Assembly (NCBI GenBank): GCA_030674475.1
Contig: JAUSCZ010000014.1
Span: forward strand, 13,938-77,937
Direction of reading: 5' to 3'
Length of the DNA: 64,000 bases
Origin: Candidatus Omnitrophota bacterium
GTDB lineage: Bacteria; Omnitrophota; Gorgyraeia; Gygaellales; UBA12090
Below, piece by piece: positions 29,337-38,878 of the stretch (the first letter of the stretch is position 1; each line of letters begins with the position of its first letter). The notes beneath the pieces are model-generated. The model saw only the letters and a list, made by a program, of their open reading frames with translations. It ran no database searches and was not told the origin of the DNA. The position numbers and the translations under genes were made by a program.

Positions 29337-30127
29337 TAAAATTCGGGTTAGTATTTCTTCTTTTTTCTTTCTTTAGCTTTTTAATCTGGCTTAGCACAGT
29401 GCTTAGCCATTATACCGCGCCTATCCTGATGTATCATTACATCAATAATGAGGAGCCGCTCAGAAGCAGGCTGGGGGTGAGTCCGGAGAGCTTTGAAAGG
29501 CAGATGCGTTTTTTAAGAGAGCGTAAATACAATATTGTTTCTCTGGAGGAGTTAACCGATTTGATAAAGAATAAAAAAAGGATACCTTCCGGGACCGTAG
29601 CCATCACCTTTGACGATGGTTATTTGGATAATTATACTAATGCCTATCCGGTGCTGAAAAAATACAATATCCCGGTAACTATTTTCGTGGTAATTAACCG
29701 GATAGGTAAGCATTTAGGAAATGACGATTATATGTCCTGGAGCCAGATAAGAGAGCTTTCCGAAAGCGGCCTGATTACTATCGGAAGCCATAGCATGAAT
29801 CATCCCAACCTAAGCGAAATCAGTTCAGAAGAGCAATTAAAAGAGGAAATCTTTGAGTCAAAAAAAATATTGGAAAAGGAATTGAATCAAGAGGTTAAAT
29901 TTTTCAGTTATCCTTTTGGCGGCCGGAGCCCTGAGGCGCGCCGGATTGTGTCTTTATCCGGCTATAAGGCAGCCGTGGGAACCAATTTTCCTAAAGGTTC
30001 TCCCGGCGACGACATCTACGCCTTGAAGAGACTGCGTATTTCAGAAAACTGCCGGAACCTGTTCATCTTCTGGGTAGAGGCATCCGGTTTTTATACCCAT
30101 ATTAAAGAACAGAGGGATGATTATTAA
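29324..30127 (+). CDS. Polysaccharide deacetylase (NodB/IcaB-like)
   Basis: ILMYH, TFDDG, GSHSMNH and FSYPFG motifs. Confidence 0.93.
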   Translation: MPKVIKFGLVFLLFSFFSFLIWLSTVLSHYTAPILMYHYINNEEPLRSRLGVSPESFERQMRFLRERKYNIVSLEELTDLIKNKKRIPSGTVAITFDDGYLDNYTNAYPVLKKYNIPVTIFVVINRIGKHLGNDDYMSWSQIRELSESGLITIGSHSMNHPNLSEISSEEQLKEEIFESKKILEKELNQEVKFFSYPFGGRSPEARRIVSLSGYKAAVGTNFPKGSPGDDIYALKRLRISENCRNLFIFWVEASGFYTHIKEQRDDY

Positions 30128-30131
30128 ATGA

Positions 30132-30157
30132 GTAGGGGCGAACCTGCGTGTTCGCCC
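30132..30157 (+). repeat. GTAG-type REP GTAGGGGCGAACCTGCGTGTTCGCCC
   Basis: Near-identical to 42221-42246. Confidence 0.85.
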
Positions 30158-30180
30158 GAATAATGACTATGAGAGAGAAG

Positions 30181-30348
30181 ATGACAGAGCCAAATAAACC
30201 TATCGGGAAGATGATCAGAATTGATGATTTTCTGCCGCCGCCAGAGGAGTTAGTCATTCCTCAAGAGACGGTAAAGGTTACGATAGCTCTTAGTAAATTA
30301 AGCATAGGTTTTTTTAAGCATCAAGCCAAGCAACACCGCACGCGCTAA
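30181..30348 (+). pseudogene. Truncated CopG/BrnA-like antitoxin
   Basis: DFLPPPEELV...VKVTIALS...FFK; the expected YQ-helix C-terminus is missing. Confidence 0.6.
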
Positions 30349-30463
30349 GACACATCGCAGGGACAAGGCTTCTAACGGGCCAGAGGGCCGTGCCTACCGG
30401 TAAGGAACCGAATAGCCAAAGCCAAGGAATTCTAATCCAGGGGGATATTAAACGAGGTGAGTA

Positions 30464-30853
30464 ATGAGAAAAGAAGTTTTAGATAATGAATTGGCTAAAA
30501 TAGAAAAGATTAGCAAAGAGTTTGATGTGAAAAAAGTATTTTTGTTTGGTTCGTGTCTCGAAAGCGTTGAGACGGCTAATGATATTGATATAGCAGTAGA
30601 GGGAATTAAGGCCAAGGACTTTTTTAAATACTATGGAAGAATCTCTATGGCTACAGATAATGAAGTTGACTTAGTTGATTTGGATGATATTAGAGAGCAT
30701 TTCCAGAAAAGAATTTTATCTAAAGGGAGGATTATATATGAAAGAGCAGTAAGAGCGATACAGGTGGATGATTTTATTTTAGATTCTTTGAAATTTCCAG
30801 TGGGTAAGATAGAAATCCTCCCCTTACCAAGGGGAGGCGGGGAGGGGTTATAA
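30464..30853 (+). CDS. Minimal nucleotidyltransferase (MNT) antitoxin-like protein; C-terminus runs into a repeat
   Basis: LFGS, NDIDIAVEG and VDLVDL motifs; overlapping partner start ATG-AAA-GAG-CAG-TAA stops immediately. Confidence 0.8.
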   Translation: MRKEVLDNELAKIEKISKEFDVKKVFLFGSCLESVETANDIDIAVEGIKAKDFFKYYGRISMATDNEVDLVDLDDIREHFQKRILSKGRIIYERAVRAIQVDDFILDSLKFPVGKIEILPLPRGGGEGL

Positions 30854-31345
30854 CCAAGGCATTTAATAGACCAGAGCAAAAACTAAAGCGCAAGGCATTG
30901 AGACGCAATATGCCCTTAGCTGAAGTTATTTTATGGAGTAGATTAAAAGGCAAACAATTAGAAGGCTGTAAATTCAGAAGGCAGTATTTGAAATCCTCCC
31001 CTTAACAAGGGGAGGCGGGGTGGGGTCATTAAGCATTTTGTCATAGATTTTTATTCTACTGAATTAAGATTAGCCATAGAACTTGACGGAGAGTCTCACT
31101 ATGTCCAGGACGCGCCGTTGGCGGATAGGGAGAGACAAAACCAAATTAAGGTATTCGATGTTCAATTCCTGAGGTTTACGAACCAGGATATATATGAAAA
31201 TTTAGAAGGGGTATTATTAAAGATAGTTGAACAGATTAAACAAATTACCTCCCCTACCCCTCCTTGGTAAGGAGGGGATAAGAAATCTTTCTATTAACAA
31301 ATGAGGTAAGAAATCCTCCCCTTACCAAGGGGAGGCGGGGAGGGT
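30811..31345. repeat. Three direct copies (30811, 30990, 31309) and one inverted copy (about 31247) of AAATCCTCCCCTTACCAAGGGGAGGCGGGG
   Basis: Seen directly. Confidence 0.9.
30850..31270 (+). pseudogene. DUF559 (Vsr-like) endonuclease disrupted by a 37-bp insert
   Basis: LRRNMPLAEVILWSRLKGKQLEGCKFRRQY, then insert with stop and frameshift, then VIDFY...IELDGESH...FLRFTN. Confidence 0.85.
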
Positions 31346-31467
31346 AAGAAAGTAGTTTTGTAGTCAACGAATGAATTTACTCACTCAAAACTTTAAAGGA
31401 CCTAAAATATGCCTGGCCAGGAGATTTTTTGGCTCATTAATGCTTAGATACATGGACTTAACTAAAA

Positions 31468-32544
31468 ATGAAAATACTTATCGTTGAGGTCAATTGGCTG
31501 GGGGATGTGTTGTTTTCTACCCCGGCTATTAAGGCGTTGCGTAATAAATTTCCGGACAGCCGTATCAGTTGTCTGATTGTCCCCAGGGTAAAAGAGGTGT
31601 TAGAGAATAATCCCTCTATCGATGAGCTTATTATTAATGATGAGGAGGGGCTGCATAAAGGATTTTTGGGCGGGTTGAAATTAGTTGAAGCCTTAAGAGG
31701 CAAGAATTTTGATTTGGCGGTTTTTTTTCACCGTTCTTTCTCCCGGGCAGTAATCGCTTATCTGGCCGGAATTCCCCGGAGGCTGGGTTACGTTACCTGG
31801 AAAAGAAGATTCCTGCTGACCGAAGCCATACCAATGCCTAAAAAAGACAGCCTGCATCGGGTGGACCATTATCTAAACATAGTTAAACCCTTAGGATGCG
31901 CTGTGGATGATAGGCAATATGAATTTTTCTTGAGCGAAGAAGATGAAAAGTTCGCTGAGGATTTCTGGAGCAGGGAAGGCTTAAAAAAAGACGATTGGAT
32001 AGTTTGTTTGAATCCGGGAGGAAATTGGGGCCCTAAGCGCTGGCCAAAAGAGAATTTTGCTTTACTTGCTGACTGGCTTATCCGCGAGTATCACGCCAGG
32101 ATTATTTTTAGCGGTTCAAAAGCTGACACTTTGCTGATAGAAGAAATAACCCGGATGATGGAGCAAAAGGAATTTATCATATCCGCCGGATATACCAACC
32201 TTAAAGCTGCCGGGGCTATTTTTAAGAAGGCGAATTTGACGATTTCCGGGGATTCCGGGCCTTTGCATATTGCCGCCAGTGTCGGGGCAAATGTCCTGGC
32301 CTTATTCGGCCCGACCTCGCCCGCGATCACCGGGCCGATTGGTAAAGGCAGGATCGTGGTTATTCACAAGCCAGAGGGCGGTGGTTTGGCTTCCCCCAGC
32401 CAAAGCCATAAGCCGCTGGAGTGCCGGGTTCCTTGTTATGACGCGGCCTGTAATGATAACCGCTGTATGCGGGAAATTAAAGTTGAAGATGTATTGGCAG
32501 AGGTGAAGAAATTAGCGGAGGATGCTCACAGAAATGAAGTTTAG
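31468..32544 (+). CDS. waaF: LPS heptosyltransferase II (GT9) with an in-frame 42-bp insert
   Basis: NWLGDV, NPGGNWGPKRWP, DSGPLHIA and LFGPT motifs. Confidence 0.85.
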   Translation: MKILIVEVNWLGDVLFSTPAIKALRNKFPDSRISCLIVPRVKEVLENNPSIDELIINDEEGLHKGFLGGLKLVEALRGKNFDLAVFFHRSFSRAVIAYLAGIPRRLGYVTWKRRFLLTEAIPMPKKDSLHRVDHYLNIVKPLGCAVDDRQYEFFLSEEDEKFAEDFWSREGLKKDDWIVCLNPGGNWGPKRWPKENFALLADWLIREYHARIIFSGSKADTLLIEEITRMMEQKEFIISAGYTNLKAAGAIFKKANLTISGDSGPLHIAASVGANVLALFGPTSPAITGPIGKGRIVVIHKPEGGGLASPSQSHKPLECRVPCYDAACNDNRCMREIKVEDVLAEVKKLAEDAHRNEV

Positions 32545-33619
32545 GCGGCGGCAAAAAAATTACTTTAACAGAATATTGGTGGTGCGCACGGATAGAATCG
32601 GGGATGTGGTCTTAACCACTCCGGTTTTAAAAGCCTTAAGAGAAAATTATCCTGAAAGCCATATTGCTATGATGGTTAATCCCCAGACCAAAGAACTGCT
32701 TGAGGATAATCCTTATCTTAATGAGGTGATTGTGTATGATAAGGATAAAAAAGATAAAGGGATGCTGGGCTTCTGGAGATTTATCTTGGAATTAAAAAGA
32801 AAAAGATTTGATTTGGCTATAGTATTGCATACTAAAAACCGCCTTAATCTGATTACCTATCTTGCCGATATCAAGCGCCGGGCCGGCTACAAAAATAATA
32901 AATTCGGCTTTTTGCTCACGGATAAACTGATGGATATCCGCCCTCTGGGCCTAAAACACGAGGTTGATTATTGTCTGGACATTCTAAGAAAGCTTGGCCT
33001 GAAAATAAGTGATAAGATTCCTTATATAGCAGTTAAAAAGGAAGATATGGATTCGGTGGGTAATATTCTTGAGGCTGAGGGCATAGGTAGTTCGACTGCG
33101 CTCACCACAGGCCGCGATATTAAGATTGCCGCTATTCATCCCGGCTCAAGCTGTATTTCCAAACGCTGGCCAAGAGAGAGATTTGTGGTTTTGGCTAACC
33201 GGCTGGTTGAGGATTATGGCCTGAAGGTCATTCTGATTGCTTCGGGTGAAGAGAATGAGGCTATTGCTAATGAGATAGCCAAACAGATAAGATATCCGGT
33301 TCTGAATCTATCCGGAAAGTTATCTCTGGGCCAATTATCCGCGCTTTTAAAACGCTGTGTTATTTTTATTTCTAACGATTCCGGCCCGGTGCATATTGCC
33401 AGCGCCGTGGGCACGCCGGTAGTCTCTATCTTTGGCCGCAACCAGGCGGGTTTAAGCCCGGCGCGTTGGGCCCCGGTAGGGAGAAAAGATGCGTATCTGC
33501 ATAAAGAGGTGGGTTGCTCGATATGCCTGGCGCATAACTGTAATATCGGTTTTGACTGTCTGAAGGCCATAACCGTGGAGGATGTGTTAAAGGCAGTTGA
33601 CGATATCCTCAAGGCGTGA
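32522..33619 (+). CDS. LPS heptosyltransferase (GT9) with an in-frame 24-bp insert
   Basis: RTDRIGDVV, HPG, KRWP and NDSGPVHIA motifs. Confidence 0.9.
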   Translation: MLTEMKFRRRQKNYFNRILVVRTDRIGDVVLTTPVLKALRENYPESHIAMMVNPQTKELLEDNPYLNEVIVYDKDKKDKGMLGFWRFILELKRKRFDLAIVLHTKNRLNLITYLADIKRRAGYKNNKFGFLLTDKLMDIRPLGLKHEVDYCLDILRKLGLKISDKIPYIAVKKEDMDSVGNILEAEGIGSSTALTTGRDIKIAAIHPGSSCISKRWPRERFVVLANRLVEDYGLKVILIASGEENEAIANEIAKQIRYPVLNLSGKLSLGQLSALLKRCVIFISNDSGPVHIASAVGTPVVSIFGRNQAGLSPARWAPVGRKDAYLHKEVGCSICLAHNCNIGFDCLKAITVEDVLKAVDDILKA

Positions 33620-33684
33620 TATTATACACTGATAACTCAAAGAAGTTTTAGACTTCGTAAGTTAACCATAGAACGAAATGTAAG

Positions 33685-34617
33685 ATGAGTGTAGACCTGA
33701 ATAAAGTTAAAACCTATTCTATAAAAAAGAGATTATCTATGGTGGATAAGAAAGCCTTCGCCGGGGTTTCGGCCAAGGGTGGAAGTTTTCAAGAATTTTA
33801 TGAGTCTCTGCCTGATATTCTTAAAGTCCGCGACCTGAAGGCGGTGGTGAGTGCTATTATCAGGGCCAGGAAGAAGAAAAGGGCGGTAATTTTTATGATG
33901 GGAGCCCATGTGATCAAGTGCGGCCTCAGCCCCTTAGTTATAGATTTAATCCGCAAGAAAATAATCAGCTCTATTGTCTTAAACGGCGCCGGAATAATCC
34001 ATGATTTTGAGATTGCCTATCAGGCCCGGACCTCGGAAGATGTGGCCAGTGCCTTAAGGCTGGGGAGTTTTGGAATGGCCCGGGAAACAGCCGAGTTTGT
34101 TAATAACGCGGTCAACCAGGGTGTCCAAGAAGGATTGGGCCTGGGCGAGGCAGTGGGCAGACAAATAGCCCGGGGAGGATTAAAGTTTAAGGATTGCAGT
34201 ATCTTATATGCTTGCTATAAAGCGAATATTCCGGTAAGCGTGCAGGTGGCTATCGGAACGGATATAATCCATCAGCATCCTTCTTTTGACGGGGCGTTGA
34301 CCGGTGAAGGCTCGCAAAGAGATTTCTTGAAATTAGTTGAAGCTGTTGGCGGTTTAGGAGGCGGTGGGGTAGTTTTGAATTTCGGCTCAAATGTTATTTT
34401 GCCGGAGGTTTTCTTAAAGGCTCTGAACCTGGCCCGGAATTTAGGAAAAAAGATAGACAATTTTACCGCGGCCAATTTTGATATGGTTCATCATTACCGG
34501 CCGCAGATGAATGTGGTGAGTCGGCCCACCCAGGATAGCGGCCACGGCTATTACATTATCGGCCATCACGAGATTATGCTTCCTTTGCTGCATAGGGGAA
34601 TAATTGAATATATGTAA
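33685..34617 (+). CDS. Conserved hypothetical protein, deoxyhypusine-synthase-like fold
   Basis: MGAHVIKCGLSP, IHDFE, TSEDV, GTDIIH, LPEVFLKA and GHHEIMLP motifs. Confidence 0.7.
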   Translation: MSVDLNKVKTYSIKKRLSMVDKKAFAGVSAKGGSFQEFYESLPDILKVRDLKAVVSAIIRARKKKRAVIFMMGAHVIKCGLSPLVIDLIRKKIISSIVLNGAGIIHDFEIAYQARTSEDVASALRLGSFGMARETAEFVNNAVNQGVQEGLGLGEAVGRQIARGGLKFKDCSILYACYKANIPVSVQVAIGTDIIHQHPSFDGALTGEGSQRDFLKLVEAVGGLGGGGVVLNFGSNVILPEVFLKALNLARNLGKKIDNFTAANFDMVHHYRPQMNVVSRPTQDSGHGYYIIGHHEIMLPLLHRGIIEYM

Positions 34618-34671
34618 GAAATAGCTTTCAGCGGTCGGCTCTCGGCTTTCAGCTAAAAATTGATTATAATA

Positions 34672-35643
34672 ATGAAGACAAAATTGAAATCTATAATTCA
34701 GAAATTCTCTAAGGCCAAGGTGTTGGTTATCGGAGATTTGATTCTGGATGAGTTTATTTGGGGCAAGGTAGATAGAATTTCACCCGAGGCTCCTGTTCCG
34801 GTGGTATTAGTAAGCTCCGAGTCGTTTATGCCCGGGGGTGCTTCCAATGTGGCCAATAATATCGCTTCTTTAGGAGGGAGTTCCGGAATCTGCGGGGTAA
34901 TCGGCGAAGATAAGTCCGGGCGCATCCTGGTTGAGGAGTTAAAGAAAAAAGGCGTGGATGTCTCGGGAATAGTAATTGACGCGCAGCGGCCGACTACGGT
35001 CAAGACCCGCGTCATTGCCCATCATCAGCAGATGGTCAGGGTGGACCGGGAGAAGATGGGATCTATTGATGACAATCTCCTGGAGCAGGTTTTGTCTTTT
35101 ATCCGCCGCGAGATAAATGAAATTGACGCCCTGATTATTGAAGACTACGGTAAAGGGGTGATTACCCCGCGGCTGTTGGCCGAGATAGTGCCACTGGCCA
35201 AAAAACATAAAAAGATAATCACTGTTGATCCTAAGGTAAGCCATTTTCCTTACTATCAAGGAGTAACCTGCATTACTCCTAATGAAAAAGAGGCCCAGGG
35301 CGGCTCAGGTATTGATATTCAGAATGACGAAGACATTAATAGGGCCGGAAAAAAACTGCTTAAGGATCTAAACTTGGAAGCGGCGCTGATTACTTTGGGG
35401 GAAAACGGGATGCGCTTATTTGAGAAAAGCGGCCCGGTTACCCATATCCCTACAGTGGCCCAGGAGGTTTTTGATGTCTCCGGCGCCGGGGATACGGTTA
35501 TTGCCGCCTTTACTTTGGCCTTAGCCAGCGGAGCCACCAAGCAGGAAGCGGCCTATATTTCCAATTTTGCCGCCGGCATCGTAGTCAGCAAGGTAGGAAC
35601 CGCGGTGGTAACTAAAGAGGAACTGTTAGAAAGAATTAAATGA
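34672..35643 (+). CDS. rfaE1: D-glycero-beta-D-manno-heptose-7-phosphate kinase
   Basis: RISPEAPVPV, PGGASNVA, DYGKG and DVSGAGDTV motifs. Confidence 0.94.
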   Translation: MKTKLKSIIQKFSKAKVLVIGDLILDEFIWGKVDRISPEAPVPVVLVSSESFMPGGASNVANNIASLGGSSGICGVIGEDKSGRILVEELKKKGVDVSGIVIDAQRPTTVKTRVIAHHQQMVRVDREKMGSIDDNLLEQVLSFIRREINEIDALIIEDYGKGVITPRLLAEIVPLAKKHKKIITVDPKVSHFPYYQGVTCITPNEKEAQGGSGIDIQNDEDINRAGKKLLKDLNLEAALITLGENGMRLFEKSGPVTHIPTVAQEVFDVSGAGDTVIAAFTLALASGATKQEAAYISNFAAGIVVSKVGTAVVTKEELLERIK

Positions 35644-35671
35644 TAGCCTTAATCGAACGAAGTGAGGGAAA

Positions 35672-36394
35672 ATGGATGTAATCGGAGTAATTCCAGCAAG
35701 ATACGGTTCAACCCGTTTTGAAGGCAAGGTATTAGCTGACCTACACGGTAAACCGATGATTCAATGGGTATGGGAAGCGGCAAAAAAAGCCAAGATTTTG
35801 GATGAGGTGATTGTTGCCTGTGATGATAAAAGAATAGAGGAGGCGGTTAAATCCTTCGGGGGCAAGGTAGTTTTTACCTCTAAAGAACATACCTGCGGAA
35901 CGGATAGAATTTGCGAGGTGGTGAATCCCTTAGAGGTTAAAGTGATAGTGAATATCCAGGCTGATGAGCCGTTGTTGGACCCGGTAATGATTGAGAATGT
36001 GGCTCGTCCGCTGTTGGATAACCCCGCGTTAAATATGGCCACCCTGATGAAAAGAATAGATGAACATCGGGAAATTGCCGACCCAAATGTAGTTAAGGTG
36101 CTTACGGATAAAAACGGCCTGGCCCTTTATTTTTCGCGTTCAGCTGTCCCCTATCAACAGGATAAGTCCGTCCGCGCGGTCTATTACAAGCACATCGGCC
36201 TGTATGCCTATACCAAGGATTTTCTTTTTATCTTCAAGAATCTTCCTGAATCTTATTTGGAGAAGATGGAAAAGTTGGAACAGCTGCGGGTTCTGGAGGC
36301 CGGTTTCAGGATAAAAGTGATTGAAACTAAAGTTTCGACTATCGGCGTGGATACCCCTGAGGATTTAGAAAAGGCTAAGAAGATAATTTCTTAA
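35672..36394 (+). CDS. kdsB: CMP-Kdo synthetase
   Basis: IPARYGSTRF, GTDRI, YFSR, HIGLYAY and EKLEQLR motifs. Confidence 0.97.
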   Translation: MDVIGVIPARYGSTRFEGKVLADLHGKPMIQWVWEAAKKAKILDEVIVACDDKRIEEAVKSFGGKVVFTSKEHTCGTDRICEVVNPLEVKVIVNIQADEPLLDPVMIENVARPLLDNPALNMATLMKRIDEHREIADPNVVKVLTDKNGLALYFSRSAVPYQQDKSVRAVYYKHIGLYAYTKDFLFIFKNLPESYLEKMEKLEQLRVLEAGFRIKVIETKVSTIGVDTPEDLEKAKKIIS

Positions 36395-36399
36395 AGAAG

Positions 36400-37218
36400 A
36401 TGACCAGAGAGATAAAGATAAAAGATATAAAGATCGGCGCGGGGAATCCGCTGGTGTTAATTGCCGGGCCTTGCGTGATTGAGAATAAAAAGTTGACTCT
36501 GGATACCGCCCGGGCTTTAAAGGATTTAAGCTCGGAAGTTGAAATCCCTTTTATCTTTAAGTCCAGCTATGATAAGGCTAACCGCACCTCTTTGGATTCT
36601 TACCGCGGCCCGGGTTTAAAAAAAGGTTTAGAGATATTGAAAGAAGTTAAAGAAAAATTAGGGCTTCCAATCTTAAGCGATGTGCATTGCCGGCAGGATG
36701 TAAAAGCGGCGGCTAAGGTTTTGGATATAATTCAGATTCCGGCGTTTTTATCCCGTCAGACCGACCTTTTGATTGAGGCGGCGCATACGGGAAAAGTGGT
36801 TAATATCAAAAAGGGCCAATTCCTGGCTCCCTGGGATATGGCACCCAGTATCAAGAAGATAGAAGCCAGCGGAAATAAAAATATCCTGATTACCGAAAGA
36901 GGGGTGAGCTTCGGCTATAATAATCTGGTTTCGGATTTACGGGCTTTAGCCATAATCCGGGATTTTGGTTATCCGGTGATTTATGATGCCACCCACAGCG
37001 TTCAGCTTCCCGGGGGAGGAGGCAGTTGTTCGGGCGGCGAGCGTCGTTTTGTCCCGGGCCTGTCCCGGGCGGCAGTGGCCTTTGGCTGTGACGGATTATT
37101 TCTGGAGGTGCACCCTGACCCTGATAAGGCTCTTTGTGATGGGCCGAACATGGTTTCTTTGAAAGAACTTAAAGCCCTGCTTAAACAGGTTAAAAACATT
37201 GAAAGGGCGTTGAAATGA
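36400..37218 (+). CDS. kdsA: Kdo-8-phosphate synthase
   Basis: AGPCVIE, DKANRTS, KKGQF and DATHSVQ motifs. Confidence 0.97.
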   Translation: MTREIKIKDIKIGAGNPLVLIAGPCVIENKKLTLDTARALKDLSSEVEIPFIFKSSYDKANRTSLDSYRGPGLKKGLEILKEVKEKLGLPILSDVHCRQDVKAAAKVLDIIQIPAFLSRQTDLLIEAAHTGKVVNIKKGQFLAPWDMAPSIKKIEASGNKNILITERGVSFGYNNLVSDLRALAIIRDFGYPVIYDATHSVQLPGGGGSCSGGERRFVPGLSRAAVAFGCDGLFLEVHPDPDKALCDGPNMVSLKELKALLKQVKNIERALK

Positions 37219-38174
37219 TTCTTAGCCGGGCTAAAGAGGTTTTTAAAATAGAAGCTGAGGCGATAGCCAGCCTCTCTTCCAAGTTAGATGATAATTTCGT
37301 CCAGGCGGTAGAGGCGATGTATAATTGCCGGGGGCGGGTGGTGGTCAGCGGAATGGGTAAGACCGGCATCATCGGCCAGAAGATATCCGCGACCCTGTCT
37401 TCTTTGGGAACCCCCAGCATTTGGCTGCATTCCGCGGAGGCCGCGCACGGAGACCTGGGAAGGGTAACTAAGGATGATGTGGTAATTATTCTTTCTCACA
37501 GCGGGGAGACTGAGGAGACAAAAAATTTAGTCCCCGTATTAAAGAAGCTTGGATCCAAGCTTATTGCCATTACCGGAAATAAAAATTCCACCTTAGCCAA
37601 ATATTCGGATATGGTCCTGGATGTTTCGGTTAAAAAAGAGGCCTGCACCTTAGGGTTGGCCCCTACCTCATCCACTACTGCCGCCCTGGCCATGGGAGAT
37701 GCCCTGGCCGTATGTCTGGTGGAAAAAAAAGGTTTTAAAGAAAAAGATTTTGCCCTTTTTCATCCCGGGGGTTTATTAGGGAAGAGACTGCTTTTAAAAG
37801 TTGAAGATATTATGCGTAAAGGAAAAGCCAATCCTATTGTCAGGGAAGAGGCGATTGTTAAAGACGTGCTTTACGCTATTACCGGCGCCCGGGCCGGAGC
37901 GGCCTCGGTTATAGATAAGTCAGGAAGACTAAGCGGTATTTTTACCGACGGAGATCTGAGAAGACATTTAGAGCGAAATACAGATTTAGCTTCACGAAAA
38001 ATAAAAGAGGTGATGACTAAAAATCCCGTTACCATCCAGCCGCAAAGATTAGCGGTGGAGGCCTTAAGAATCCTGGAAGAAAAAAAGATTGATGAGCTTC
38101 CGGTAGTGGATGCGGCGCTTAAGCCGGTGGGCATGCTGGATATCCAGGATGTTTTAAGAGCGGGACTGGTGTAA
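37215..38174 (+). CDS. kdsD: Arabinose 5-phosphate isomerase (SIS plus CBS domains)
   Basis: GMGKTG, HGDLG, APTSST, HPGG and FTDGDLRR motifs. Confidence 0.95.
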   Translation: MILSRAKEVFKIEAEAIASLSSKLDDNFVQAVEAMYNCRGRVVVSGMGKTGIIGQKISATLSSLGTPSIWLHSAEAAHGDLGRVTKDDVVIILSHSGETEETKNLVPVLKKLGSKLIAITGNKNSTLAKYSDMVLDVSVKKEACTLGLAPTSSTTAALAMGDALAVCLVEKKGFKEKDFALFHPGGLLGKRLLLKVEDIMRKGKANPIVREEAIVKDVLYAITGARAGAASVIDKSGRLSGIFTDGDLRRHLERNTDLASRKIKEVMTKNPVTIQPQRLAVEALRILEEKKIDELPVVDAALKPVGMLDIQDVLRAGLV

Positions 38175-38186
38175 AGAAAGTTAACA

Positions 38187-38714
38187 GTGAACAGAGTACA
38201 GATAACAGAAAAAATAAAAAAGATAAAATTGCTTATTCTGGATGTGGATGGAGTGCTTACTGACGGCAGGATAATTTATGATTCTCAGGGCCGGGATTCC
38301 AAGTTTTTTGATGTTCATGACGGCCTGGGGGTGTATCTTTTAAAAATGGCGGGGATTAAAACCATCCTGATTACCGCTAAAGGTTCAAAAACAATTAAAC
38401 CTAGAGCCAAAGATATGCGGGTTGAGGAGTTTTACGAAGACATTTTTCCTAAAACAAAAGTTTTGGCTAAAATTCTTAAAAAACACCGGATAAAAACTGA
38501 GAATATCTGTTTTATCGGTGATGATTTGGTGGATTTAAGCATAATGAAGGCGGTGGGCTTTCCGGTGGCTGTGGCCAACGCCAGCGAGGATATCAAGGCC
38601 GCCGCAAGTTATATTACCCAAAAAAAAGGCGGCCGGGGCGCGGTCCGGGAGACAGCTGAGCTGATTTTAAAGACTCAAGGTAAATGGCGGAAAGCAATTA
38701 GTATATATCAATAG
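38187..38714 (+). CDS. kdsC: Kdo-8-phosphate phosphatase
   Basis: DVDGVLTDG, GDDLVD and GGRGAVRE motifs. Confidence 0.95.
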   Translation: MNRVQITEKIKKIKLLILDVDGVLTDGRIIYDSQGRDSKFFDVHDGLGVYLLKMAGIKTILITAKGSKTIKPRAKDMRVEEFYEDIFPKTKVLAKILKKHRIKTENICFIGDDLVDLSIMKAVGFPVAVANASEDIKAAASYITQKKGGRGAVRETAELILKTQGKWRKAISIYQ

Positions 38715-38725
38715 AGCCGGCAAGC

Positions 38726-38825
38726 CAAAGCCATAAGCCAGAGGGCGATGGTTTGCATTCCATATAAGCAAAGCCATAAGCCAGAGGGCGATGGTTTGCA
38801 TTCCATATAAGCAAAGCCATAAGCC
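38726..38825 (+). repeat. Perfect tandem repeat, 43-bp unit x2.3
   Basis: CAAAGCCATAAGCC recurs at 38726, 38769 and 38812 with identical intervening sequence. Confidence 0.95.
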
Positions 38826-38878
38826 TTGACAAGGTTCTGGGAGTTGTTATTATATAATTTCCGAAAAAACCAAAAATT

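Noticed and set aside
30811-31345. Possible CRISPR repeats
   Set aside because: Spacing is irregular (about 180-320 bp), one copy is inverted, and the intervening DNA is a DUF559 gene.
38726-38825. Possible CRISPR array
   Set aside because: The intervening sequences are identical, so this is a tandem repeat; no cas genes are present.
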